From positions 2,420,001 to 2,484,000 of the forward strand of contig NC_045698.1 in assembly GCF_009834535.1 (NCBI RefSeq): a stretch of 64,000 nt of DNA, read 5' to 3'. Positions 1-12,460 of this stretch are shown one piece after another. The notes under the pieces were generated by a model. That model was given only the letters and a program-made list of their open reading frames with translations. It was not told the origin of the DNA and made no database searches. Position 1 is the first letter of the stretch, and every line of letters begins with the position of its first letter. Both the position numbers and the translations under genes were made by a program. Source of the DNA: Camelus ferus (taxonomy: Eukaryota).

Positions 1-729
1 CTGCAGACACAGAAAGGCTGTCCACTAGCTTCACTGATCAGGAAGGGAGGTGGGCAGCGTGCGTCACCAGAGGAACCTACTCACGTGATTCAAACGCGGG
101 CGTGAGACCCCCCTGCACTTGCAAACCACTCTCCATTTGGTGAGCATTTGCTGTGGGTCTTAGGTTTTAAGAACCCAAATTATATCTCTTCCTGATTCGG
201 TAAATTAGGAATTTGATGGTTTGCACATTTATTTCTAAATCACTTGATTACGTTTTAAAATGCCTTATGCCATGAATTGTGGCTCTTCCGTCCTGAGTCA
301 GACTCTCCTTTAGGGTGATTCTATTTGCTCCCACTGAATAGAAGTATTACTTGAGTGCGCTCTGGGCCGTAAGTGGGGAGAAAATGGAACAGCCTTCCAG
401 CCCCCGAAGTATAAATCACACACTCACATGGACACTTTTGTTCGCTTTAAAAAATTCTCCCCGTAAAGCCAGTACTGCCTGCCCAGGAGGCAGGCCCTGT
501 GCTAGGAGCCTCAGCTCGCAGGGAGTGCCAGGCTAGGCCCAGGGACCCGCTAGGCGAGGCCGCCGGGCTGTCCCCCAGGTGGGCAGATGTGAGCAGACAT
601 GCAGACTGATGCCGTGGCTGCTCCAATGGGCAGGAATGAGGCTCTGCAGACAGCCAGCCTGCTCTCCCCTCAGGGTTCATCCCTGGCCTCCGGACGTTTG
701 TGCCAGGGCTCCGCAGGGTCCCGGTGAAG

Positions 730-870
730 CGCTGAGATGCTGAGACAGACTGTCTGGGCTTGAATTCCTGATCTTTGACCCAGTAGTTGTGTGAGCTCCC
801 TGTGCCTCAGTTTCTTTATCCGTAGAATGGGGATGCCTCCCACACAGGCTAGCCCTTTGAGGACTGTCTG
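730..870 (+). mobile_element. MIR SINE fragment
   Basis: Contains the MIR core 'tccctgtgcctcagtttctttatccgtagaatgggga', preceded by 'ctgggcttgaattcctg'; the ORF-track peptide IPILRIKKLRHRE is the typical MIR antisense translation. Confidence 0.75.
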
Positions 871-1293
871 GAGCCTAGAGGCTGTCATGTCAGTGTTTGA
901 CAGAAGAACCAGAACATAACTAAGCACAGGGCTTTCGTCCACGGAGCCCTGTTGCAGTGCGCCTCGGTCAGCGGACAGAACAGGTAGCCATTCAGGTTTG
1001 GAGCCACCCCAGGATTTCCAGAAAGCAGCCCTGGGGTATCAATTCCAGGCTCAACAAACCCTCCCTTGGGCAAACCTGCCCCAGGAGGGGGTCTCTCCCC
1101 CCTGACCCGCACATCTCCATGGCTCCGGGAAGCCTGAAGCCCTGCTCCTTCCTCACCTGTTCCTCATGCTGTCTCTTCCTTCTCCAACCTCCAGGCACCA
1201 TGGTTTTTAAATCGATGTGAGTCCCTGTGACTGTTTCTTGTGGAATGACAGGCCTCCAGGGTAGGCGTCTGTGATGCGCGGATGTCTCGTTTG

Positions 1294-1331
1294 GGTCACA
1301 GGTGTCCATCTTGGTCACGGGTGTCCATCTT
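1294..1331. repeat. 19-bp tandem duplication
   Basis: ggtcacaggtgtccatctt (1294-1312) followed by ggtcacgggtgtccatctt (1313-1331), 1 mismatch. Confidence 0.9.
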
Positions 1332-1404
1332 AGTCTCGTCACCTGCTGAGACACAGGTGTTAGAATCCGGGGACTCTTGAGGACAAGGTGGGCTTTGGAC
1401 TTAC

Positions 1405-1497
1405 CAAGTCGATCAATTTCCAGTGGTCCAGGATGAACTCAGATTCCTTCTGGATGCCCTGGAACATTGCCCCTGACCTGGATCCAGGGCAGAGGGG
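1405..1497 (-). other. Candidate 93-nt exon of an unidentified minus-strand transcript
   Basis: Minus strand reads ccttgtgttccag|CCCCTC...GACTTG|gtaagt; open in phase 0 (PLCPGSRSGAMFQGIQKESEFILDHWKLIDL). No homolog recognised. Confidence 0.3.
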
Positions 1498-2640
1498 CTG
1501 GAACACAAGGAATCCCCTGAGCCTACGTTGAAGGCAGGCTCAGGCTGTGAGGTCATCCAATTTGCAGTGGAAGACAACACAACACAACGTAACATAAAAG
1601 CTTGGTTAAGAGCTTGGCCCCCCGGGTTTACACTGGGCGGGACCTCCTTAGGGTCTCCTGTGAGTGACGCCATGCCTGGGTGGGGGGTGAGCTGCCCCCC
1701 TTGGGGCGTCTTGATAGTGACGTGGACCTGCCATTGAAGCCGCCGCCTCCCCGCCACATTCCTGAGCCCGGGACACTAAATCCGCTCGGGGCTGGCGGAG
1801 GGTGCGTTTGACTCTCTACTGTCCCGCGGGCTGTGGAGAGCATCACAGGTTGGCTGCGTGTTCAAGGTCGAGGAAGGCTGAGAGGAAGCCTTCATGCTGC
1901 AGGGCGCTTCCTCTCTCCTCCATGGTGTTTTGTGGGCTTAAGACTAAGTGGAGGTGGGGTTTCCAGGGGAGGACTCTGTCTGTGGCCGGTGTAAAGTAGG
2001 GAGGTCCCATCAGACCACTGGAGTGTCCGGGAGAACACATTCAAGCCGCCGGCCTCACGAAAGATGTGTGCAGTGGGAGCGGGGCTGAGGCCGAACTACA
2101 CGCCACGCTTTCTGCCTTGAGGAGCTAATTGGAACCATGTCTCCAGGAAAGGGATTCAGGGTGGGAGGAATCAGAGAACAGCTCTCGCAAGACGCTGGGG
2201 GATGCAGAATGCCCCCCCTCCCAAAACCTAGGGCGGGAGACGGAGGTCCAGACATTCCCAGGTGGGGCCCCCGGCACGGAACTGGCCCGTGGCCGCCCTG
2301 CTGGCTCGGGGAGCCGCTCCGCCTCCCTCTGCCCCAGCGGCTCAGGCCGCGTCCTGTGAGCCGGGCCCTGACCCTCCCGGCAGGGGCGTGAGGAGAGGGC
2401 TCTGCCGCCTCTCTGCTCTTGGGCTTGTGGTTCTCAGGTGAACAGAAGTAGGAGGCGAGGGAAACACATTTCCAAAGACATCTCCACATCAGCCTTCTGC
2501 TCTTAGTTCCGAGTGAGTTGTCCGTCTGCCACTTCACTTGTAAGAGCCTTAATTTAAACTTTTGAATTTCTAATTCAACACAGCACAATGTGTTTATTTG
2601 ATATGGAGGGTTCATATGTAGTTTTGAGTCCTTTAAAAAA

Positions 2641-2737
2641 TGTTTATGTTAAGTTTCTTTTTTGTTATGGAGGCACGGGGATTGGACCCAGGACCCGTGC
2701 GTGCTAGGCGTGCGCCCCGTCACTGAGCCACACCCTC
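2641..2737 (-). mobile_element. Camelid tRNA-derived SINE (vic-1 type), diverged
   Basis: Reverse complement gagggtgtggctcagtgacgggg...cacgggtcctgggtccaatccccgtgcctccat plus A-rich tail; A box and B box remnants match the tylopod SINE. Confidence 0.8.
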
Positions 2738-3324
2738 TCACGCTGAGCCAGTTTTCAAGGCATCAGTACTTACACGGTCCAAGCAGCACTATCTTTCAAT
2801 GTAACGCTTTGGGGCAAAGTTTGAGGGCATAACTGATCTGCACCCACAAGACAGAGGGCATGGGGTTCAAGGGGCCTCTTTAAAGTTGGGGAAGAACTAA
2901 GGTAGTTACTTTGAAAGAACTTAAACAAGCAGAGGGAAAATAGGAGAAGCAGCAATCACGTGCAAGGAAGGACACGGCCGTGGATCCGGGCCTGGGAGGG
3001 ACAATGAGACAGACCAGAACCCGCCCTGTGTGCTGCGTGGACCGGGCGGGCCCCAGGGCTCCTTGAGAGGCAGCCTGAGATGCTGAAAGTCACAGAACTG
3101 GGGATGTCCGCACGGGGGGGCACGACCTCAGATGTGGGGAGCTGGCACGAAGGCTGCCTTGTGAACGCACAGCAGTGTATTTTAGAACAACTTAAAAAAA
3201 ATCAAGTTTACAGAATTCGCCAGTTCGATTACCACATCCGTTAACAGACGAGGCTCTGAATGGCTCCCCAAATCCAAATGCATCTTCCTACAATGGAGTC
3301 TGCAAACCCCCGAGGTAATTTATA

Positions 3325-3520
3325 TCACTTAATCTCATCCAAGCCCAGCCTTTTCATCTGTAAAAATATAATAACAACACGAACTTACCACCAAATGGAA
3401 ACAAACAAACAGGCGGAAAACAAATGACAATTCTCCAGGATTGGGTAAATAAATTGCGATTACATTGTGCTTTTTACACTGTCTGGCATGGGGCAGGCAC
3501 TCTACAAATGTTTACTTTCT
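3325..3520 (+). mobile_element. MIR fragment
   Basis: 'tcacttaatctc...ttttcatctgtaaaaat' core and 3' 'gtctggcatggggcaggcactctacaaatg'. Confidence 0.45.
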
Positions 3521-5151
3521 TTGGATATGCGGCAGGCTCTGGGGACGGGTCTAAATTACAAATTCTAAGAATGTTTGGAACAACACCCAGTGCTAATGGA
3601 AAGCGGATGCCGTGTGGTCTCCAGGTAAATAATGACAGCAGCCCCCAGCTTGTCCACAGACGTTCTCATCCAGCTGTGTGTTTCATCCGTTACACACGTA
3701 CGTGTACCAAAGTGCAGTTTCTGAAGGGGCCACACAAGCCACATTAAATTAGTTAAATTAATTAAATGAATCGCATTAAAAAGTTTGCAATTAAAAAACT
3801 AAACAGTTGATGCAAGCAATTCAAAATTCAAAAGATGGTAAAAATATATCGGCTTTTGCTTTAACTTACCTTAAACATTACTCATCTTTGTACCATCAAA
3901 GTGACTACTAGCTAATTTTTTGATTGTGGAGATACATATAGACAAACACACATTTACTCATGCATTTATAATGAGAATGAAAATCAAATATGCTAACTTT
4001 TAAAGGTTGAGTTGAGACATACTTTGCATAAAGCTAAAATGTCTTTTAAAAGAAGACAGATGTCTCCCCGAAATAGCTTATGAGATGAAAAAAAAAGCAC
4101 GCCCAGTTTTACAGCATTTCATCAAGAGCAACACATACCACAGGTGACTTATTTTTCAGGGGTAAAAAAGCTCTTTTGGGATTGTTTTTGTAACTGCGTG
4201 ACGCCTCCCTCCACTCACCACTGGGTCGCCTTTCTCGATCACACGCTCCCATGAGGTTCTGACATTGCGGGGCTGAACTTCGACACGAGGGTCCCTGGCA
4301 TCGCCAGCCTGTAACTGGCCGCCGTCAGAGGGCAGGGCACACTCAGACGTCACGCTGAGTTTTCACCACCTCCCATAGTTCTGCTCCTTGAAACAATGTT
4401 CTCCTAACAGTTCTTCCCTTCTTAGAGATTTGCCAGGCTGTAGTCTATTAAGATTTCACTCATAATATTTTTAACTTTTTCCATAAAGATATACAATAAA
4501 CATGAGCCGTCTCAGGAGCAGGGCTGTCAGGGAGCCGACGGCTCAGCGAATCTGCTGAGAACACGCGCACTCTGGGTGGAGATGAATGGGCCTGTTTCCA
4601 CCTGGTTTATCGTTGCCTTTAACCTGCAGTGTAATAGCGACTGTTAGGATTTTTATAATACGGATTGAAAGGCTATTTGCTTCGGATTTGATGAAGTATT
4701 AACGTTGCTTCTGAAATACGTTATAAACGTTGTGTGCGTGTGTCGCCGGGAATTACACGGAGGGGAGCTGAGACTCAGTGGTTCCATTCTCACTTCAGAG
4801 AGCTATTACCCTATGTCATGGAAACACTTTAAATTTATGTTTTAAAAGCTGTAAAGTCTTCTACTTAAAGACGTCATTAATTTTTAAAGTTCTGTTTCAG
4901 AATAGGCATCTATTTGTAACCAGAAGTACTAGTAAAAGAAATAAATTTGTAGCTGAATTAGAGCAGTTTCTGAAGGAAGCAGCGGGCGATTACTTGGAGG
5001 AAAGACTGCGTTTTTCTGAGTAGACCTTTGTCTGCAGCTCCGTCGGAGGCGGCCACAGGAGGCATTTTCACTCCTGGCCTCTCAGAACTGATCAGGAATA
5101 ATTTATTGCCGATGAAAAGAAAATACTGAGAGTTCGGAAAGCAGAAGATGG

Positions 5152-5475
5152 TGATATGGGCTGAACGTGTCCCCGGCTCCAGATCCCCACACTGCAGACA
5201 CTGAAGTCCTAATCGCACCATCTCGGAACACGACCGCACTTAGAAACAGGATCTTTGAGGGGGTCGTGAAGGTGGACGTGAGGGTGTGTGGGTGGGCCCT
5301 GGTCCAATCTGACGGGTGTCCTTGTAAGAAGAGGACAGGATACAGGCATTCACGGGGGACGACCATGCGGGGACGCAGGGAGAGGTCCGCTGTCTCAGAA
5401 GGCAGCCCCCTCCTGGCCCCTCGATCTTGAGCTTCAGGCCCCCAGAGCTGTGAGAGGATAAACCTCTGCAGTGCG
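5152..5475 (+). mobile_element. MaLR solo LTR (MLT1A/B-like)
   Basis: Starts tgatatgggctgaacgtgtcccc; contains 'gggtgggccctggtccaatctgacgggtgtccttgtaagaagagg' and 'ttcaggcccccagagctgtgagaggataaa', both typical of MLT1. Confidence 0.8.
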
Positions 5476-7137
5476 GGCCGCCCTGGGAGCCCAGCCCAGC
5501 GGGCTGTCTGCGGGGGCTGCAGGGCCCTTGGAGACAGGTACCAACTTCCCAAACCACCGGGACGTGCTGTTTGTGTGAGCAGGACAGCTTATAAAATAGC
5601 ACATAAATCAAGGTGAGAAAACCGAAAGCCATTCATCCAGTCGTTCATTTCCTTGCTGGTGGCAGGCACGGTGCTGGTGTGGGACAGGACGGGGTCACAC
5701 TGTCACTCTCATCTGTGCCTGCTGTCCAGTGGGGAGAGCGGACCCCTGAGCACCCAGGTCCCCGCAGAGTGACCAGGGCTGTGATCAGAATGCAGTACGT
5801 GCTCCTTCCTCCCTGGAAGATCCTTGGTAGTGAGCCGTCCTCCGCGCACCACCTTGGGACACACCTAGCGGATCTCCTGTGCTCCGGGCACAGTCCCCTT
5901 CCATCCTCCCGCTGGGCTGAGTGGGGTGCTTCCTCACCCATGGTGCACCTTCCAGCTTCCTCCCAGCGCCCCCTCAGGAGGACCCCCTTTGCAGTTTGGC
6001 TCCGTATGAATGCTTTCCACAAAAGGACGGCTTCTAGACCTCATGTTTCTTTCTTGCCATGATTTTGGATTGGCAGGAACCAGTTTAAAAAAAGAAAACA
6101 AAAAATGAAGTTTACACACTCGCTACCGGGAAAGAGCACAGTTTCAAAACAATGTGAAGCAAATCCTTTTATCTCACAGTTGAGCGTGGATTCCTGAAGC
6201 CACAAAAGCCTCAGAGAGGAGGCCTCCTTGTGACTGTCATCCAGGGGCTCTTGTGTTAGGCTGTGCAAAGGGAGGGCGCCGTTCCAAGCAGCCAGCTCTC
6301 CTGTGCATGGGGGGCGTGGGGGGCCTGCACTTTGAACTCGTTGGCCCTTTTCTGAGAGCGAATGGGTGGGATTCACTGTGCTTGAAGGTGTAGCAACTGT
6401 ACCATAATTTGCTTCTAAGGAGTAACACGAAGGTGTGCTGGAAATTTTCTGATGAAAACATCTTCTTATTAGAAACATCCCTGCCAAAGGAAACCATGAA
6501 GAATTCCAGCCTCCTGGACAAGGAGGGGCCACTCAGGACGACCCAGGAGACAGGCGGAAGTGCCCCACAGAGGTGACCGCGGTCATTCAGGGAACAGCCC
6601 CTTTGCACACTGTCCTTACTCCCTTCCAGTCCCCCAGCTGGTATTTGCTTCCAGAAATAGGTAATAAATTCCTTGATGAATATTAAAATAATGATGCATT
6701 TTAATGCGCTAGAACCAAGAGCAATGGAAAATTTGTCTCTAGCAGGGAGAGGAAGAAAGATGGGGGTTACTGACTCATAATAGCAAAAGCTTAATGGATA
6801 AAATGACCTCAAACAGCCTTAGTTTTTTAAAGAAGTTGTTTCTGAGAGTAATTTCTAACACCAGAATTATTGTGACTCGTGTCTTCACGCCCACCTAGCT
6901 TATTATTCTGGAAAAAAAAATGGTCTAAGAATATTCTGATTCTACACTCTTGAGCTCAGAGCAGAGTGCAGTAACAGCGAGGCTGTGTCTTCTGTGCAAG
7001 GGGTTCGCCCTCTGGGTTTTCCGTGCAGACCGTCTCGCCCGCTCCTGGTTGTTTGGCTTTCTCACCCTCAGCGCACCTTTTAATCAAATGGTCGTTGATT
7101 CTTTAAGTAGTTCAAAGGGCAAAGGCAAGGACATATC

Positions 7138-7288
7138 TTTTTTTTTAAAAATTGTTATTATTAATTTTGCAGGGGGAGGTAATTGCATTTACTTATTTAA
7201 TTGGTTTTTAATGGAGGGAACGGGGATGGAGCCCAGGACCTCGTGCGTGCTGAGCACGTGCTCTACCACTGGCGCGACAGCCTCCCCC
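7138..7288 (-). mobile_element. Camelid tRNA-derived SINE (vic-1 type, long-tail variant)
   Basis: 'gggggaggtaatt...atggagggaacggggatggagcccaggacctcgtgcgtgctgagcacgtgctctaccact...cctcccc' is the antisense camelid SINE with poly(T) at its left end. Confidence 0.85.
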
Positions 7289-8683
7289 AGACTCCTCTTT
7301 ACTTGGCTGTTTTCTCATGATAGACTTGCTCATTGGCCAACAGCGTCGGGACCAGAGGGCGTCACTGTGGATGTGTGAGCGAAGCAAGTATTACCTGTAG
7401 GCTTAACTCGTGCCTCTTAAGTTTGGTTGTTCCTGACGTCATTTTCTCCCACAACCGTCTCTCTGTAAACGCAGGGGTCTGCGAACATGAGCGATCTCTG
7501 TGGGTTGTCGCGGGCCGCACACCAACCCCCGGCTTTGCACCGTTGGTGAGTTTTCCTGGACTAGAAAGCGACTTCCGTGGTTGGAAGCCGTCAGCCCCGG
7601 CCGTGGCTGTGTCTGCACCACGGGTTTCCGTGATTTGATTTGATTTTCTCAGTGGCTGCTTGTATCATGTGTGAAATCACTCTGCTCACCCCTGGGGTCT
7701 GCACAGCGCGAGGGCAGCTGCCTGCCTGGCTAGGTCATCGGTGAGGCGGTACGTCGCCATCAGAGGATCGGGGTCGCTGGGGACAGTGACCTGTAGCTCT
7801 ACCTGCGCGCCCAGCGGATTTCTGGCGGTGGTGCCCGGCGTTTATTACATCAGAAAGGCAGGCATCTGTCCCCACTTAAATGTCGCATTTTTGGTTGTTT
7901 AGCACAAAGATTGCCCCGCTGCCAGGCCCTCCAAACAGAACATGAGAGGCGCCGGCTCAGACGCTCTGAACCTTTCGTTTTTTGACTGTCACAATTCCTT
8001 ACGGGGGAGTTGAGTCTGGCAGTTATAATGAAATGAGGAAAAATGAGCGCGTAGGGAGTTCCAGAAGGGAGGCCAAAGTGATACAAGATTTGAACATAAA
8101 TCCCCCCGAGAGAAGCTTGAACGTATTTTGCTTTGAAAGAAAAAATGTGTCTGAGGATGGACTTGATAATTGTGGCTGGGTCTGCGTAACAGACTTCAGA
8201 TGGTTGAGGTTTGGGGACACAACAGTGATATTGCCTATTTAGTGATGTTTTCAACCACTGAACGTTTGGTGTAGGCTTAAACCAAACCGGAGTCTCCACC
8301 CACCCCGAGCTTGGTGTCTCCTGTGTCACTGCGCCAGTCCCAGCCCTCCCGGGGGGAGTGCTCGTAAAATTAGGGCGACCTAGACTGGCTTCTCTTTAAT
8401 TTTTCCTCTTTCAGCTAAAAACACTCATGGTTTCTTTTTGAAAATTCTTGGCTGTAGCTTTTTGACAGCTCTGATTGGCAAGTGCTCTGTGGTCCGCTTT
8501 ATCATGGCGTACATTTATGAACGCCAGTGACGCCAGCAAAAATGCGGCTATGGATAGAGTCTGCTGGTGCCAGTGGTGCGTCTGCGTACGGAGGCGCCAG
8601 CTCAGCACGCGGAGACCCCCTACTGCCTTCTCAGAGCCCTGCAAAGGACCCCGGAAACATACATTTTTCATGCCAACTAGAAC

Positions 8684-9123
8684 TTTTTTTCTTTTAACTG
8701 AAGTGTAGTTGATTTATAATGTATTAGATTCAGGTGTACAGCAAAGTGATTCAGTTATACATATACGTAAGTCTATTCTTTTTCAGATTTTTTCCATTAT
8801 AGGTTATTTTAAGCTATTGAATATAGTTCCCTGTGTTCTCCAATAGGCCCTTGTTGTTTATCTATTTCATACACAGTAGTGTGTATCTGCAAATCCCAAA
8901 CTCCTAATTGATCCCTCCCCCCCACCCCTCTCCCCTTTGGTAACCAGTTTGTTTTCTGTGTCTGTGAGTCTATTTCTGGCTTGCATAAATTTACTTGTAT
9001 CTTTTTTCTTTAGATTCCACATATGTGATATCATATGAGATCTGCCTTTGTCTGACTGACTTCACTTAATATGGTCATCTCTAGGGCCTCCCATGTTGCT
9101 GCAATTGGCACTATTTCATTTTT
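8684..9123 (-). mobile_element. 5'-truncated LINE-1 3' end (cetartiodactyl type)
   Basis: Poly(T) then 'tgaagtgtagttgatttataat...gtgtacagcaaagtgattcagttata...ccctttggtaacc...catgttgctgcaattggca'. Confidence 0.9.
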
Positions 9124-10279
9124 AAGTTTTTTCTATTGAATTTGACAGTCAGTGATGCACAACAGTTAACAGTTTGTTTGCAGCTGGTGACCGGGAGGCA
9201 AGCTAACACGATCACGGAGTGCAGGAAGAAGTCCTTCAGAGGGAGCTGATGGTCCCAAGTCCCTCGTGCAGTGATGACCCCTGCAAGCTCTGCATCCAAG
9301 TTGTGGGGACCCACGTTCAGAGAGCAGGTTGGTCCTTAAAAATCATCGAGCGTGGAATACAGGCAACTTGCTATCCCGGGAGCTGGGGAATGGATGACAT
9401 GTGAGAATCAGTGCCTACCCCTCACCCACTGGAGTGCCACGGTGGAGAGGAAGTTCATGGCGCTCCGCGCTGCAGCAGGAGGCGAGCTCGGGGCCGCGCT
9501 GTGAGCGCAGCAGGACTTACGCCAGCATCATATAAGGCCAAAGTGCCCATCTTCAGCCCGCGGGAGCCACTTCAAGTTGGCTCTTGTGCCCGTTGGACCT
9601 GACCCCAGCGTGGCATCCTTCCTCTCACACCACAGGCGCGTCTTGTCCTCGGCTTATCCAGACCTGGACTCGGCCATTCCTCCAAGGAGCCCTGCTTCCT
9701 CTGAGTGTCATGGTCCGGGTGCCAAATAAACTGATTTTTGCTTCACAGTAGAAATTTTTCAGTTTGTTAGTTTTATCCTAAATATTTTAATTAGCTCTAA
9801 CTAATAAAGTTTAAAGGTAAACATTTAGGAAACTAATTTCCATTTAAATGGGGGAAAGCAACCCCTTGTTTTCCTGAGGAGCCTGGGGCATCCTCGCGCA
9901 GGCGTCGGAGGCGGGCGCAGAGATCAGAGTCTGGAATGCCCGGCCGTGAGGCAGATCCGAGTCCCTGTCATGAACCTGGCAGAAGCGAAGGGCTCCTGGG
10001 GAAGAGAATGCCCTTCTGAGCGTCACCTGAAGTGGGCAGGACATCACCCGTGTGGGAGGTGCTTGTGAACAGAACGCCCGGCTCACGGAGGCACTGACGA
10101 GAGTAAGGGTGTGTGGGCCGTTTTGGCTTCTGGACACGTACACGGATGCGACAACAGCTGAGGTGCCTGGTTTCAGTGCCTGCTCTGCTGCAAGTGGTCG
10201 TGTGGCTGCTGACAGCTCGTCAGTCTGCAGACCTGGAGAGAGTTGTGCTTGCCCCTCCAGCTCAGAAATGCCCTCTGAT

Positions 10280-10298
10280 TGTATGTGTGTGTGTGCAC

Positions 10299-10333
<35 letters not shown>
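10280..10333. repeat. (TG)n microsatellite, interrupted
   Basis: Direct reading. Confidence 0.95.
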
Positions 10334-10335
<2 letters not shown>

Positions 10336-10884
10336 ACACAAAATGTGCTTCGGCCACCGGCCGGCCATTGCAGTTCTGAAGTGTTTCTAATGGAACTTGC
10401 TGGAGGTCCTGTCCGGAGTGAATGCAAATCTGGCTGTCAGCCGTCTGAAGGGGGCGCCCAGAACAAACGGCGTCAGGGGACAGTCACGGGGGTGGGGTTC
10501 TCGGTCTCCCTCTTCCCCAGACGGGGCCTGTGTCAGCGTCTTTCTCTTTTTGCCCCCTCTCTTGGGAGTTATTTTTCAGGTGCTGTAAGAGGCCCGCGAG
10601 AACCGCAGCGGACGCTGAAATCCCTTGTCCTTCACTGAGCGGAGCGCTCCGGCCGCCGCGCACAGCCCAGTCTCGTCCCCCGGGAAGTGAGCCCGGGGGT
10701 GGCGTGGGGGAGACGTGGCAGGAGAATGTGTCCGTCAGTCTTTATGCCTTTGCTCTCAGTCCCCTTCGCGTTGCTGCCGGCACACACCCCTGCAGCGAGA
10801 TTTTTCCTGCACCTTAAAGTCAAAGGTTTTTTGGGAAAAAAAAATTCTTGTTTAAGGCTGCCGTTTTTTCCTTCTAACCAGTTA

Positions 10885-10888
<4 letters not shown>

Positions 10889-10918
<30 letters not shown>
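10889..10918. repeat. (AC)15 microsatellite
   Basis: Direct reading. Confidence 0.95.
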
Positions 10919-10920
<2 letters not shown>

Positions 10921-12072
10921 CTGTCTCGCATGCCAATCCCTAGGGAGTGGGTATATATGTATTTTACGTGTCCTGTGAGCAACTGGTTTCCGGGGTCTCT
11001 GGCCCGGGGTGAGTCCCCCCAACTTCTGCTGGAGACAGTAGGTAAGTCACGGACTCAGAGCCACGTCCACCATGTCTGTCACCACAGTGTGTCTGACCCC
11101 ACTGCGGGTGTCTTAGGACGTCTCGGTTGTCTGGGGTCTCATATGACAGTGGTTCACACTCAAGAAGAGACAGGTTGTGAAAGTTAGATCATGGAAGGTA
11201 GACACGAAATCTGCAGAGAGGCCTCAAGAGTGGTCAGAGAGCGTGGAGAGGGCCATCGGAGAGAGCTGGGGGGCCCGGCAGACGTCAGGGAGGCAACGTC
11301 AGCACAGCCCAGGGGCACCTGGGAGGGAGCCGGGTCCCCCCGGCTCAGGCTGGCCTCCCCCTAGCTCCCCCCAGTTCGCCCCTCAGCATCTCTCCAGGAA
11401 CCGCACGCCGGGTCCTGGCTCTGGGACTGCCCCTGAGGTCCTGCCACTTCCTTGTCCCCATCTCTTTGGGAAAACCATTAGGCGTGATGGTGCCCCTGTC
11501 GGACGGGAAGCCAAAGAGAAACACCAGTGTGCTTCCCATGACGTTTTCAAAACAAAACAAGCCAGAGATGAACATTTGTTCCAGCCCTCCGTGTGCAGAA
11601 GACAAGAATAAACTAGAACTTCATCCGCGCTGGGTGCTCACAAAAGTTCCTTTCAGAGCTCACGGCGACTCCCAGTTTACTGACTGCTAAACATGCTTTG
11701 TTTATTCAGAACCACATGGCTTGTCCAGAACAGACCTTGCTTTTGCCTTAACCCAATCTGAAACATAAATAGAGAATACAAAGAAACGGCTACAAAGGGA
11801 ACGAAGTTCCGCCTCGGCCAACCTAGGTGGAGTCCCCGCCGGCCTGAGTTCCCGCTGCCTGCGTGTCACTGGGGGTCTCTGTCTTCGAGGGCCCTGGGGC
11901 AGGCTTCCCCGCGGGGCACCCCCACCCCCCACCCCCGGCTCATGTGCCCCCTCGCAGAGCCTCCCTCCTGCTTCGAAAGAAAGATTTGCTCCTGGGAACC
12001 ACTGACCTTGGGACGGAAATGCTTGCAAACAGAGGGACGGAAGCCACGGTGCACATCTGTGCACCCCGTTGC

Positions 12073-12460
12073 TTTTTTTTTTTTTTTGGATATTTACTTT
12101 TAAATTTAAATTAAATTTTTTTTTTAATTGAAGTATAGTCGGTTTACAATGTTGTGTCAGTTTCCGGTGTGCAGCCCAGAGCTCAGTCACGTGAGAACAC
12201 ACATACATTCGTTTTCATGTTCTTTTTCCCCACAAGTGACTATGAGGTACTGAATGTAGTTCCCTGTGCTCTGCAGTATGGACTTGTTGCTTATGTGTTT
12301 CGCATGTAGTAATTAGTATCTGCACATCTCAAACTCCCAGCTTATCCCTTCCCACCCCTCCCCCTCCCCCGTAACCATAAGTTTGTTTTCTAGGTCCGTG
12401 AGTCTGTTTCTGTTTTGTAACTAAGTTCATTTGTCTTTTTGTTTTTTAAGATTCCGCATA
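12073..12460 (-). mobile_element. 5'-truncated LINE-1 3' end
   Basis: T-rich tail then 'attgaagtatagtcggtttacaatgttgtgtcagtttcc...gtaaccataagtttgttttct...gattccgcata'. Confidence 0.9.

Noticed and set aside
2641..7288. tRNA-like A/B boxes at 2.7 kb and 7.2 kb as tRNA genes
   Set aside because: They have A-rich tails and disrupted stems, so they are tRNA-derived SINE copies.
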